DNA of 64,000 nucleotides from Eledone cirrhosa (taxonomy: Eukaryota). Location: NCBI GenBank assembly GCA_964016885.1, contig OZ024751.1, positions 40,176,001-40,240,000 on the forward strand, read 5' to 3'. The position numbers were made by a program, and so were the translations under genes. Every line of letters starts with the position of its first letter. Within the stretch, counting starts at the first letter, position 1. Shown here piece by piece: positions 1 to 14,329 of this stretch. The notes beneath the pieces are model-generated. The model searched no databases, had not been told where the DNA came from, and saw only the letters and a list, made by a program, of their open reading frames with translations.

Positions 1-580
1 GTACCCAGTCCACTCTATAAGGTAGGTAGTGTTGGTGCCACAATAAAATACTCCCAGCCCACACTGTAAGGCAGTAATGCTGGTTCCACAATAAAATGGT
101 TCCAGTTCACTGTGTAAGAAGGTAGTGCTGGTGCCACAAAAAGAATACAGAACTAATCAGCTGATTATGGGGCCACAACTGATTATGAAAGCTGTAATGG
201 TGGGAGAACAATTGTGGTTATCTATGACAATGAAACAGCAACATTTTGATCACTTTGATCATCAGCAAAAAATAAAACCTGCAAGTGAGAGGTGTATAAT
301 ACAAAATAGTCAACCTAATACCTATAATCTGGGTTAAGTCTGTGTCATTGTAGTAATTGTAATGTGGCCGTGTAGGTAACACGGTAAAAACCTCCCAGTC
401 CACACTATAAACGTGGTTGGTGTTAGGAAGGGCATCCAGCCGTAGAAAACCTGCCAGACAGTCTTATACGAGTGAAACACGGTCTCCCGACCAATCTTGC
501 CTCAAGTGGAACAATTCCCGTCTAAACCCATGCTAGCGTGGAAGATAGAGGTTAAACGATGATGATGATGATGATGATAT
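1..580 (+). mobile_element. RTE-LINE 3' UTR / SINE-body fragment with degenerate ~48-bp modules, ending in (gat)n
   Basis: Positions 340-580 closely resemble 25000-25272 (gttaggaagggcatccagc...aacccatgc...gatgatgat). Confidence 0.75.
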
Positions 581-1533
581 ATATATTGTACGATTTATGT
601 GTGTGTGTACCCAACTAAGACGTAAGCTTGTGTCCTACCCAAATATACAAAATAGCCAGCCTACTAAATGTACACTCATTAAATCAACTGACAAAATAAT
701 TTATGTTTATATGCAATAAAAGATAATAAAGACGTTTTCACCGTGCCAAATAGAATCCCATTGAAATCACGGCTACAAATATACAAATAGTTATATAACA
801 CACAAACAAGCTGGGGCTAATCAAAGTGTTACAGACATGTACAGACAGATATGATTGACTCTCAGGAGTGACAGAGCTAATGAGGGTTCCTCTACATGGT
901 CACTTGGCCTGCTAGAAACAGCAGACAAATATCCCTCACTACTAATATGCAAAGAGTTATTTATATAACAATACAACGTAACATAAACAAACTAGGATTA
1001 ATGAAGGTGTCATAGATATGGACAGGAAGATATTTACAGACTCATAGAGCCCTGTACATCTATTTGCCAGGTGGAGCTGCTATTTACAGAGTCCATGAAG
1101 CAATCATAAGAATATATAATCTAGAAATAGGTTTTATTCTTGTGGAATTCACAATGTTGTTTTGATCTGCCAGCTATTTCATGTCAGGTTTATTTTCTCA
1201 AATCAACTCAAAGTATTTCTCAATATACCCATTTCATCTCCTCATCTAAGTTTCATGTCTATGAAGCTGACAGCATCCCAAACAGTGCATATGGTGCTGC
1301 TTTCCCAACAGATGTGTTCTATAGTATGAAGAAGAGAGCAACTTACTGCTCTCTGTATGATTTTATCATCATCATCATCATCATCACTGATAGCATCCGT
1401 TTTCCATGCTAGCAAGGGTTTATATACATAATATATATGCATATATATATATATATATGTGTGTGCATGCATGCTCCCACATACACAATGTATGTGTATG
1501 GATACTGTATGTGTATATATATGTATCCATACT

Positions 1534-1567
<34 letters not shown>

Positions 1568-1799
1568 AAGAGAGCAGCTAACTGCTGTGTGTATGATTTT
1601 ATATAGATACATGATAGAGAGAATCAAATTTCAGAAAAAAAATGAGAGAGTTGACTATATTTGACTTCATAATAGATGTTACATCTCTTGGATTATTAAT
1701 ATATTTTAATTTCCTCTCATGCATAGATACACAAAGATGCATTCATACATATAACACATACATATACATACACTAAAGCATGTGCATATTTACATGTCT

Positions 1800-1828
<29 letters not shown>

Positions 1829-1831
<3 letters not shown>

Positions 1832-2155
1832 CTCTTCTAGTGTGTCCATGTAGGGGCTCCCAAAGAAGCACTGAGTGCAATGTCAACTCTGGATGTCGGT
1901 GAGCATGTCCAGCTAACCTCAGTCTCCTCTGTGTCACTTTTGAGCTGACTTTTGGGATGCTCCCATACAGCTCTGAGTTTTTCATCCTCAGTGTATACCG
2001 ATTAATGTTCAGAGCCATCCTCAAGGTTAACGTATGTTGATGCCCTAAGGACAGACACTGGTCTGTTGGAGACGCAGGACACGGCAGCGATAATGAGGGA
2101 CAGAGACCGCTGGAGAGAACTCGTCCATGGATCTCGGGAGTTTTACCCGCCTTAG
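1829..2155. mobile_element. 5'-truncated, 5'-inverted non-LTR (RTE-like) retrotransposon fragment inserted in (TA)n
   Basis: The minus part encodes LRMALNI...RRLRLAGHAHRHPEL...LLWEPLHGHTRRG. The plus part encodes RLTYVDALRTDTG...MRDRDRWRELV...*. Confidence 0.85.
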
Positions 2156-2335
2156 ATATATATACACACACACACACACTGGACCATGGATGTACTCATG
2201 CATAACATGCAGAAACAAATACTTGTACACAACACTTTTGTACTCATGCACACATATGTATGCAATACATACACTGAAGCATGTGCACCTGCATATTCAG
2301 CTATTCATCATTGTTTTGTTTATTTTCTAACCATT

Positions 2336-5300
2336 AGACTACACACCTAAAAGCTACAACCCAGCCCAGAGCCCAACACTTTAACCACTAGAATACACAC
2401 CTTCACACCAACCCAGAGCCCAACACTCTAATCACTAGAATACACAGCTTCATACCAACCCAGAACCCAACACTCTAACCAGTAGACTACACCTTCACAC
2501 CAACCCAGAACCCAACACTCTAACCACTAGAATACACAGCTTCACACCAACCCAGAGCCCAACACTCTAACCACTAGAATACACCTTCACACCAGCCCAG
2601 AGCCCAACACTCTAACCACTAGAATACACCTTCACACCAACCCAGAGCCCAACACTCTAACCACTAGACTACACCTTCACATCAACCCATAACCTAACAC
2701 TCTAACCACTAGACTACACCTTCACACCAGCCCAGAGCCCAACACTCTAACCACTAGACTACACCTTCATACCAGCCTAGGGCCCAACACTCTAACCACT
2801 AGACTACACAGCTTCTAACCACTAGACTACACCTTTACACCAACCCAGAGCCCAGCACTCTAACCACTAGAATACACAGCTTCTAACCACTAGACTACAC
2901 CTTCACACCAACCCAGAACCTAATACTCTAACCACTAGACTACACCTTCACACCAACCCAGAGCCCAACACTCTAACCACTAGACTACACCTTCATACCA
3001 ACCCAGAGCCCAACACTCTAACCAGTAGACTACACCTTCACACCAATCCAGAGCCCAACATTCTAACCACTAGACTACACCTTCACACCAACCCAGAGCC
3101 CAACACTCTAACCACTAGACTACACCTTCACACCAACCCAGAGCACAACACTCTAACCACTAGACTACACCTTCACACCAACCCAGAGCCCAACACTCTA
3201 ACCACTAGACTACACCTTCATACCAACCCAGAACCCAACACTCTAACCACTAGACTACACCTTCACATCAACCCAGAGCCCAACACTCTAACCACTAGAC
3301 TACACCTTCACACCAACCCAGAGCCCAACACTCTAACCACTAGACTACACCTTTACACCAACCCAGAACCCAACACTCTAACCACTAGACTACACCTTCA
3401 CACCAACCCAGAGCCCAACACTCTAACCACTAGACTACACCTTTACACCAACCCAGAACCCAACACTCTAACCACTAGACTACACCTTTACACCAACCCA
3501 GAACCCAACACTCTAACCACTAGACTACACCTTCACACCAACCCAGAGCCCAACACTCTAACCACTAGACTACACCTTTACACCAACCCAGAACCCAACA
3601 CTCTAACCACTAGACTACACCTTCACACCAACCCAGAGCCCAACACTCTAACCAGTAGACTACACCTTCACACCAATCCAGAGCCCAACATTCTAACCAC
3701 TAGACTACACCTTCACACCAACCCAGAACCCAACACTCTAACCAGTAGACTACACCTTCACACCAACCCAGAGCCCAACACTCTAACCACTAGACTACAC
3801 CTTCACACCAACCCAGAGCCCAACACTCTAACCACTAGACTACACCTTCACACCAACCCAGAGCCCAACACTCTAACCACTAGACTACACCTTCATACCA
3901 ACCCAGAACCCAACACTCTAACCACTAGACTACACCTTTACACCAACCCAGAACCCAACACTCTAACCACTAGACTACACCTTCACACCAACCCAGAGCC
4001 CAACACTCTAACCACTAGACTACACCTTTACACCAACCCAGAACCCAACACTCTAACCACTAGACTACACCTTTACACCAACCCAGAACCCAACACTCTA
4101 AACACTAGACTACACCTTTACACCAACCCAGAACCCAACACTCTAAACACTAGACTACACCTTCACACCAACCCAGAGCCCAACACTCTAACCACTAGAC
4201 TACACCTTTACACCAACCCAGAACCCAACACTCTAACCACTAGACTACACCTTTACATCAACCCAGAGCCCAACACTCTAACCACTAGACTACACCTTTA
4301 CACCAACCCAGAACCCAACACTCTAAACACTAGACTACACCTTTACACCAACCCAGAACCCAACACTCTAAACACTAGACTACACCTTCACACCAACCCA
4401 GAGCCCAACACTCTAACCACTAGACTACACCTTTACACCAACCCAGAACCCAACACTCTAACCACTAGACTACACCTTTACACCAACCCAGAACCCAACA
4501 CTCTAACCACTAGACTACACCTTCACACCAACCCAGAGCCCAACACTCTAACCACTAGACTACACCTTCACACCAACCCAGAACCCAACACTCTAACCAC
4601 TAGACTACACCTTTACATCAACCCAGAGCCCAACACTCTAAACAGTAGACTACACCTTTACACCAACCCAGAACCCAACACTCTAACCACTAGACTACAC
4701 CTTTACACCAACCCAGAACCCAACACTCTAACCACTAGACTACACCTTCACACCAACCCAGAGCCCAACACTCTAACCACTAGACTACACCTTCACACCA
4801 ACCCAGAACCCAACACTCTAACCACTAGACTACACCTTCACACCAACCCAGAGCCCAACACTCTAACCACTAGACTACACCTTCACACCAACCCAGAGCC
4901 CAACACTCTAACCACTAGACTACACCTTTACATCAACCCAGAGCCCAACACTCTAACCACTAGACTACACCTTTACACCAACCCAGAGCCCAACACTCTA
5001 ACCACTAGACTACACCTTTACACCAACCCAGAACCCAACACTCTAACCACTAGACTACACAGCTTCACACCAACCCAGAGCCCAACACTCTAAACAGTAG
5101 ACTACACCTTTACATCAACCCAGAGCCCAACACTCTAACCACTAGACTACACCTTCACATCAACCCAGAGCCCAACACTCTAACCACTAGACTACACCTT
5201 TACACCAACCCAGAACCCAACACTCTAACCACTAGACTACACCTTTACATCAACCCAGAGCCCAACACTCTAACCACTAGACTACACCTTTACACCAACC

Positions 5301-7096
5301 CAGAACCCAACACTCTAACCACTAGACTACACCTTTACATCAACCCAGAGCCCAACACTCTAACCACTAGACTACACCTTCACACCAACCCAGAGCCCAA
5401 CACTCTAACCACTAGACTACACCTTTACACCAACCCAGAACCCAACACTCTAACCACTAGACTACACCTTTACATCAACCCAGAGCCCAACACTCTAACC
5501 ACTAGACTACACCTTTACACCAACCCAGAACCCAACACTCTAACCACTAGACTACACCTTTACATCAACCCAGAGCCCAACACTCTAACCACTAGACTAC
5601 ACCTTCACACCAACCCAGAGCCCAACACTCTAACCACTAGACTACACCTTTACATCAACCCAGAGCCCAACACTCTAACCACTAGACTACACCTTCACAC
5701 CAACCCAGAGCCCAACACTCTAACCACTAGACTACACCTTTACACCAACCCAGAACCCAACACTCTAACCACTAGACTACACCTTTACATCAACCCAGAG
5801 CCCAACACTCTAACCACTAGACTACACCTTTACATCAACCCAGAGCCCAACACTAACCACTAGACTACACCTTTACACCAACCCAGAACCCAACACTCTA
5901 ACCACTAGACTACACCTTTACATCAACCCAGAACCCAACACTCTAACCACTAGACTACACCTTCACACCAACCCAGAGCCCAACTCTAACCACTAGACTA
6001 CACCTTCACACCAACCCAGAGCCCAACACTCTAACCACTAGACTACACCTTTACACCAACCCAGAACCCAACACTCTAACCACTAGACTACACCTTTACA
6101 TCAACCCAGAGCCCAACACTAACCACTAGACTACACCTTTACACCAACCCAGAGCCCAACACTCTAACCACTAGACTACACCTTTACATCAACCCAGAGC
6201 CCAACACTAACCACTAGACTACACCTTTACACCAACCCAGAGCCCAACACTCTAACCACTAGACTACACCTTTACACCAACCCAGAACCCAACACTCTAA
6301 CCACTAGACTACACCTTTACATCAACCCAGAGCCCAACACTAACCACTAGACTACACCTTTACACCAACCCAGAGCCCAACACTCTAACCACTAGACTAC
6401 ACCTTTACACCAACCCAGAACCCAACACTCTAACCACTAGACTACACCTTTACATCAACCCAGAGCCCAACACTCTAACCACTAGACTACACCTTTACAT
6501 CAACCCAGAGCCCAACACTAACCACTAGACTACACCTTTACACCAACCCAGAACCCAACACTCTAACCACTAGACTACACCTTTACATCAACCCAGAACC
6601 CAACACTCTAACCACTAGACTACACCTTCACACCAACCCAGAGCCCAACTCTAACCACTAGACTACACCTTCACACCAACCCAGAGCCCAACACTCTAAC
6701 CACTAGACTACACCTTTACATCAACCCAGAGCCCAACACTAACCACTAGACTACACCTTTACACCAACCCAGAACCCAACACTCTAACCACTAGACTACA
6801 CCTTTACATCAACCCAGAACCCAACACTCTAACCACTAGACTACACCTTCACACCAACCCAGAGCCCAACTCTAACCACTAGACTACACCTTCACACCAA
6901 CCCAGAGCCCAACTCTAACCACTAGACTACACCTTCACACCAACCCAGAGCCCAACACTCTAACCACTAGACTACACCTTTACACCAACCCAGAGCCCAA
7001 CACTCTAACCACTAGACTACACCTTCACACCAACCCAGAGCCCAACACTCTAACCACTAGACTACACAGCTTCACATCTAAAAGCTACAACCCAGT
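2336..7096. repeat. 45-bp minisatellite, about 105 copies (tacaccttcacaccaacccagagcccaacactctaaccactagac)
   Basis: The period can be read directly (4 units per 180 nt). Variant sites are ttc/ttt, acc/atc and gag/gaa. ctaaaagctacaacccag occurs at both ends. Confidence 0.98.
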
Positions 7097-7825
7097 AAAA
7101 GACTGACTAGATAGTAAACTAAAGTATGGGACTAGTTGGTTTGGTTATATTTTCAGAATAACTTGTTAGTATCTTTATTTCTGTATGTGAAGAAATATAC
7201 CACCTTCTGCTCCCCTTTCCCCCACCCTAACACACCATTGCAGTGAAACCCTAAACTTATCTTTATCATCTTAACTCTGAAATTGTCTGCAGTTATGCAT
7301 GTAGTATAGAAGAAACAGGTGTATTTATATATGTGTATATATAAATATGTATATATATGAAAGTTCTTATGTGTATATGTATAGATGTGTACGTATGCAT
7401 ATGTGTGTGTATGCATGTATATGCATTTATGTATGTATTTGTATGGTTGAATGCATGTGTTTATGTATTCACACACACACACTATATATATATATAGTTG
7501 GCAAAAGTGTTTTTTACTACTTGATTAGAAGGTAACAAGTCCCTTTTCTCAGGCTGCAATCTTTCAACTCGGTACACACGTCTGTTCCAACACCTGCCTC
7601 TACTGGAAAACGGACGTAGAATAATGATGTATAAATTATTGCTTCCTACAAAATATAAACCAAAAATATAAATATATAGCATATATAAATATTGTTTTTA
7701 AAATCCTATCTCATAACGTTTAACTATATGCATGCACATGTATGTATATATATGTATGTATTTATGTATATATGAATATGTATATATGTATGTAAGAATA
7801 TATGTTTATATATATGTGTGAATAT

Positions 7826-7869
<44 letters not shown>

Positions 7870-8031
7870 TCCCTAGTGTGAAGAAAATCCACAGTAGAAC
7901 GTGGAAGGTAAAATGGAGATTGTTTACTCATTAAAAATCTATTAGGAAATGAGAGAGCAGGACAGTAGCCTACTGATTTCTAGTATTTTTGGTAGATGGA
8001 TCAGGTTTTATTCAAAGAAGTATTCTTGGTT

Positions 8032-8487
8032 TAAACCATTCCGTTACCATATTTCTAATGAAATAATACACTGCCTATCGTTTTTAAATAAGCAGCTATC
8101 TGAAAAGGATTTAATCATGATTTTCTTTCTCCTTCTTAAGCTAGGGTTTCGAGCATTACACAACAAAGGTTCTTGTATAAAATTATAATGGGTGGATTTT
8201 TAGATAAATATAAACTCTTTGAAACAGAGATTTGTATCATAGACCTAAGGGTTGGTTTTAGGAAGTTTGGTATCAAAAGGGTTAGCCCTTTAGCATTTAT
8301 GTTACTCTATATTTACTACTGTATTTTGACGGTAAAGGCTTTACCTCTCATAATATCGAATCTATGAGATTTTGATATTATTTATTTTGAGAACAATACC
8401 TTAACATCAGTATCAGTGGCTGGTTACAACTGGTTTGAACAGAAAGAGGTGAGATAATTCTGGCCGGTTTAAATGCTAAAGGGTTAA
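8032..8487. mobile_element. Two abutting piggyBac-like MITEs: family B (8032-8281) and family A (8286-8483)
   Basis: Family A has TIRs ccctttagcattta / taaatgctaaaggg followed by TTAA. Family B ends ggtatcaaaaggg. Both recur many times in the window. Confidence 0.7.
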
Positions 8488-11319
8488 GGTAACAACTAGG
8501 CAGTCATTAGATTGTCAGATTAAACATCTTGGTTATTTGATCAAGCTGTTTGTGTTCTGAAGTCAAAACCTGCTGAGATCAACTTTACTTTATACCTTCT
8601 TGAGGGTCAACAAAGTATCAATCTTGAGCTGATGGATTGGCAGAATTGTCAAAACTTTAGATGAGCTGCCTTGTAATATCTGTATTGTTTATATTTAACT
8701 GTTTATATTAATCTAAACCTTTCATTATAATTTTATTTAAAGAACTTTTGTAATGTTCCAAACACCAGCTGAAAAACAAGAAAGTTATATTACTAAATCT
8801 CGCCAAATTTGTAATTATTTTCAAGATGATTTGAAAGCTGAAGTCTGTGTCTTTCATCAGGAATATGGTAACAAAAGAGGGTTAAAAATCTGCAAGATGC
8901 AAACCATTTCTGTTTGTTTGTAGCTCTGCTTCTGGCACTGGTTTATTTAAACAGCATGTTGTTTATCTTAATATAGATAGCTCTGTTAATTTTCAGCCTT
9001 TTTGGAGCAAATGTTTCCTGTGTAGAAGTTGTCTATTTCTTGTGCCAACAATTTCCAAACAGTTGCCAAGGTAGCCAAGGGCCATCTTTTACCAGTGAAA
9101 GCAGATTCTTTTATATATTTACCCTTTCATTACTGTATTTCTAATGAAATACACTCTATTTCTATTAATTAATGAAACATTTTGTGAGATTCACTAAAAT
9201 TATTTGATTACTAATAGTAACTTAACATATGGTTCTTATATAAAACTGTTGGAAGTGTTTAATTTAAACCAGTCGTATCCAGCCAGAATTCTCTCACCTC
9301 TTTCTGTTCAAACCTGCCATAACTAGCTGCTCATACTAATGTTAAGATATTGTTTTCAAAATACATGTCAAAATCTTGTAGATTCAATATTATATGAGAT
9401 CATTATGTGAAATAAGGTGTTTACCTTGAAAATACGATAGTATTTTATAGAGTCATGTAAATGTTAAAGGGTTAAATTGGATTCCTTTAAAATGGGTAGT
9501 TTTGTTTCATAAGTTTACCATAGAGAATTGAAACAACTACCACATGGTATTTCATCCAACACTATCAATTCTGCCATTTCAACATTCTGCTGCTGGTGGT
9601 GGTGGTGACGATGACGATGATGATGGTTTCTGATTTAGGCACAAGGCCAACAATTTTGGTGGAGGGGAAATTCGATTGAATCAACCCCAGTGTGTTACTG
9701 ATACTTTATTTTATCAATACCGTAAAAATGTAATGCAAAGCTGACTTTGGTGGGATTTGAACTAAGTACGTAAAGGGCCACTATGCCACAAAACGTGCGA
9801 CACTCTAACATTACTGCTATTCTTCTACTACTACTACTACTACTACTAATAATAATAATAATTGTTTCTACTTTAGGCACAAGGCCAGCAATTAGCCAGT
9901 GCATTACTGGTACTTTACTTTATCGACCCCGTAAGGATGAAAGGCAAAGTCAACCTCGGCTATATTGCCAATATAATGTTGTTTATTTATGTTGGAATAT
10001 TTGTGTAGTATATTTGTAGAAGTACTGCACACCAACCCGTACTACTAGAAAAACTGTCTTCTTCACACAGGCAGAGCAAAAAATTGTCTATTCTATTTAT
10101 TGCAACATATGGCTGATCTAATTATAGAATTGTCATTCTGTAAGATTAGTTGATCTTAAAATAGTGGAAGAAAATTCCTCTCTTCATATATACTTTAGCT
10201 TTAATGTCCTGTACCACATGTAACTGCATTATTAACAAGACATTCTTAAATATATAAACAACACTATGACTGAATCCCGTTAAAAATGTAAGCCTTTGAT
10301 TTATAACCAAAATCCCAGGACTTACAACATACAGAAAATAGAATTACTAAGGACTGCACACATAATACAAACAGTAATCTCAATACAATAGAAACAACAC
10401 TGCACATAGCCAGGGCTCACAGAGCTGTGCTCAGTAATGCTGTAATAACATGCAATGAAAATAAGTCTAATGATAATAGTAATATACAACTAGAAATAAA
10501 TGACAAGATAATGCTAAAATCTGGTGGTTGATAATGAGAAAAGATGATATAATATGTATAGGAATGTTAGTGATCACTATTTCACCAACACATATGTTCC
10601 ATGCTACATAGAATGTATGTTGTCCTCTAATGGAACTTTATAGAAAAAAGTAAATATAGAAATGCGATAGCATAAAAATTGATACCAAAGTTTCATGCTG
10701 ATATCTAAATGGATATTTATCCAAATGGATATCAACATGAAAGAAACGAGATGTATTTAACGGCTTTAGTTAATATATCTCCATTATACACATATATATA
10801 CATATATATATATCATCATCATCATCATCGTTTAACGTCCATCTTCCAGGCTATTATATACATAATGGTTTTTGCTGTTGAGCAGTAAATCAGTGTGTAT
10901 GTATGTATATATATATATATGTACACGTAAGTAACAGCCGTACTAAGAGTGGGAAATGAAATTTCGTTTCATTTTTTTCCGTTTATATATATACCATTTA
11001 AATTATTTTGATTACCAAAGGGTAGAACTGGTGTTTCTGGTAGGCAAATCATGATGTAATAAATCAAAGCACTCAACGTTATGTAAGTCATCCATCATAG
11101 ATGTGGTATCCAGTGGTTGGTGCAGGAATGGAGATACACTAACACTGCACTATCTAAGTTCATGTGCATCTACCTATTATATATATAGGTATTTAATCAC
11201 CAAGTTTGCTCAATATCTTAGCTGGTTATCGGTGCTATGGTTTTTGACAACCTGTCCAACCCTTGCTAGCAAGGAAAAAGGACATTAAATGATGATATAT
11301 ATATATATATATATAAGTA

Positions 11320-11378
<59 letters not shown>

Positions 11379-11390
11379 TGAGTAATATTA

Positions 11391-11775
11391 AAGGCACTTG
11401 GCTTAGTCGTTAGAGCATTGGGCTTGCAATTGAAAGATTCTGAGTTCAATTCTCGGACCAGGTGATGTTATTTCCTTGAGCAAGACACTTTACTTCACAT
11501 TGCTCCAGTTTATTCAGCTGTAGAAATGAGATGATAGCACTGGGGTCCCTATCATTCCACTGCAAAGTGGTTGTGGAGGTGCCACGGAAAAAAAAGCACC
11601 CAGCACTCACTGTAAATGAGGTTGGTGTTAGGAAGGGCACCCAGCTGTAATCAAGCCAGAATCAGTTCCCGTATGAGCAAGACAAGGTCAACCGACCGGA
11701 CACTGCCCACAATAGGACAACCCATCTAACCCCTAGCTAGCGTGGAAGAACGGACGTAAAACGGTGATGATGATG
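11391..11775 (+). mobile_element. tRNA-derived CORE-type SINE with RTE-like tail, full length
   Basis: A-box tggcttagtcgttag, B-box gagttcaatt, core tccttgagcaagacacttt, tail ...ggacgtaaa...(gat)n. Confidence 0.88.
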
Positions 11776-12387
11776 AATATTAAATATTACCCAGTTACAA
11801 GTATGAATATAGCTCAATGTAAAATAACAAGTATAATACAGAGCTGAAATACAATGTATAATATATATATATATATATATAATTTGGATAAATTGTGACC
11901 ACCTTTTTTTCAGTTATGTTATATTAAGACCATGGCTGTGTTTGATATGTTTTCTTAAGGATTTTCTATATATCCTTATTTGTTTGTGTTTGGTTCAGAA
12001 CAATACCATTCCTAAATCTACTTGTCTATTAACATTTCGAGACATTCAACGATTAGTAAAGCTTATGAAGACTCTACTAATATCAACAATACAATCCAAA
12101 TATCAACACCAGCAATAAGGAGCTAATAAGGAAATATAACAGAAATGTCTTTAATAAAAAAAAAATCATTAAACTTGAGCACTATCATGTTTTTATTAAG
12201 TACACATATATATATATCAACACACACATACATCCACACATGCACACACATTAAATTCTCTATGCTTTCCTACAAGTCAACATTGATCATGTGAATATTT
12301 TGTAAGACACACACAAACATATGCACTTGTAAACATAACACACTTGCAAACATTACACACTTACTTTGCCTCTCATCATTTAAAAAT

Positions 12388-12570
12388 TAATTGTTTCTAC
12401 TTTTGGCACAAGGCCAGCAATTACACAGTACATGACTGGTACTTTATTTTATCGACCCCGTAAGGATGAAAGGCAAAGTTAACCTCGGCGGGATTTGAAC
12501 TCAGAATGGAAAGAGCCGTAACTCTATGCGTCAAAGCATGGCGTCCGACCCTCTACCGATCCACCGCCCT
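12388..12570 (-). mobile_element. tRNA-derived Meta-domain-like SINE. Other copies lie near 9625, 9860, 17946, 19345, 20828, 26483, 27185, 27325, 36620, 47120, 50100 and 63190.
   Basis: On the minus strand it reads gagttcaaatcccgccgaggttaactttgcctttcatccttacggggtcgataaaataaagtaccag...tgctggccttgtgcc, repeated many times in the window. Confidence 0.85.
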
Positions 12571-14329
12571 CATTTAAAAATTAATAAAAGGAAATGAATT
12601 CAAATTAGATGACTAAAAAAATAAGTAAGAAAAAATATTTCGTATTGGAATAATTAATATATTTTAGGCTATAGTTAGAAATGTTTAGCATTTAGGAGGA
12701 ATTTGATGCTGAGTTTCAGGTAAAAAGCTTTTGGTAGTTACCTTTAGCATTATTATTATTGTCATTATTATTACCATTATTATTATAGCTCGAAGTCTGC
12801 TCTCTGTAAAGCAGGCAATTCCTTCCACAGCCTGATCTATCCGTTATGTATGTGAAATTTTAGCTTTTCCAGAATTTTCGGCTTAAAATCAATCTCTAGG
12901 AAATTGGAGCTGGAGCACTCTAAAGGATGAGTTGCAGGGGTGGGAGTTAATGTAAACTGATATAAAAGGTTAAATTGTATCATTTTTTTTCTTCCAACCC
13001 TCCCCCTCCATAACTGATTACCCCTCCCCCCTCTCTCTCTCTGCTGTTATATGCATTCCTTTACTATCTACCAGAATTATTGCACTCTATTTAATCGACT
13101 GTTCCCCTTTCACAAAAATTGCTGACCTTGTGCCTCAATCAAAAACCCATTAGTGTGGGTGGATGCAGCACAAATGGCACATGAGGAGAGAGATATATAC
13201 CTATGGTGGCCTTGGTGATCAGAGTTATCTCAAATCTGTGGTGTTCATTAACCCTTTGGTCACTAACCTGGCCAAAACCAGCTCTGATTCTATGAAATAA
13301 AGCCACCCATTTTAAAGGTTTCCAATTTAAATTAAAATCTGTTTAGCTGACATCATACTAGGTTGTATTTCATAAGAGGTTTCTCAGAAGTTTTAATGAT
13401 AGGGGCCACAGTCCTACAAGGTTGTTTTAATGATAGGGGCTCTAATTTTGTCATAAAAAGCAATGTGAAATGAGGCGACTTGCTCAAATCCACAACACAC
13501 AGCCTGGTTCAGGAATGAAACCCATGGGTTTATGATCATGATTCCAACACCCTAACCACAAGGCCATATACTTTCTTTCACAAATATCTCAATAGATAAA
13601 ATTCAAAACAATTTTGTCAACATTATTTCTATTTTTATCTTATCAATATCCAGTCTTTAGATTAAATTTCAGCTCAGCAATTGTCAGAAGAAAACATGCT
13701 AAGGATAGGCATATTGTGTTTTATATTCTGTTATTATTTTTACTGGTTTCAGTCGTTGGACTGTGGCCATGCAGGAGCACCACCTTAAAGAGGTTTAATT
13801 GATCATATCAACCCCAATGCTCTTTTACTGGTTTCAGTCATTGGACTGTGGCCATGCTAAAGCACCACATTGATGAGATTTAGTTGATCATATTGACCCC
13901 AGTACTTTTTCCCCAAAAAATCTGGTACTTATTTTTTTTTTTTTTTTTTTTTTTACTGAACTGCCATGTTTATGAAAGCCTGAAAGCCCTGTTAGATATT
14001 TCCAGATTTTATGGCCAAAAATAGGGAGTTGACTTTTACATGAGATCTTCTATTACTCGAGTATATATGGTGTATAAAATTATGTTGGAAGACTTTAATT
14101 TTAACAGGAATCCTATAAAATGGGTGGTTTTGTTTCATAGCCCCAGAGGGGGGTTGATATCGAAAGGGTTAACCACACAGCCTAAAATAAAATAACATAC
14201 TACTCCATATCTATGATAGATTTATTTCATTTGAAGGAATATTTGCAGGGAATTGGGGGTGGGGATTTAGATAACGAGAGGTGGAGGTGGAGGAGGCTTT
14301 GAGGGGGGTGGGGGGGTCTATGGTCCTAC

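Noticed and set aside
2336-7096. CRISPR-like array, or a repeat-protein ORF (HLHTNPEPNTLTTRL)n
   Set aside because: The units are head-to-tail with no unique spacers and there are no cas genes. The one open frame has no start codon or splice support and is broken by indels.
10690-10742. Imperfect ~52-nt hairpin as a pre-miRNA
   Set aside because: It is AT-rich and short, with an irregular stem and no recognisable mature miRNA
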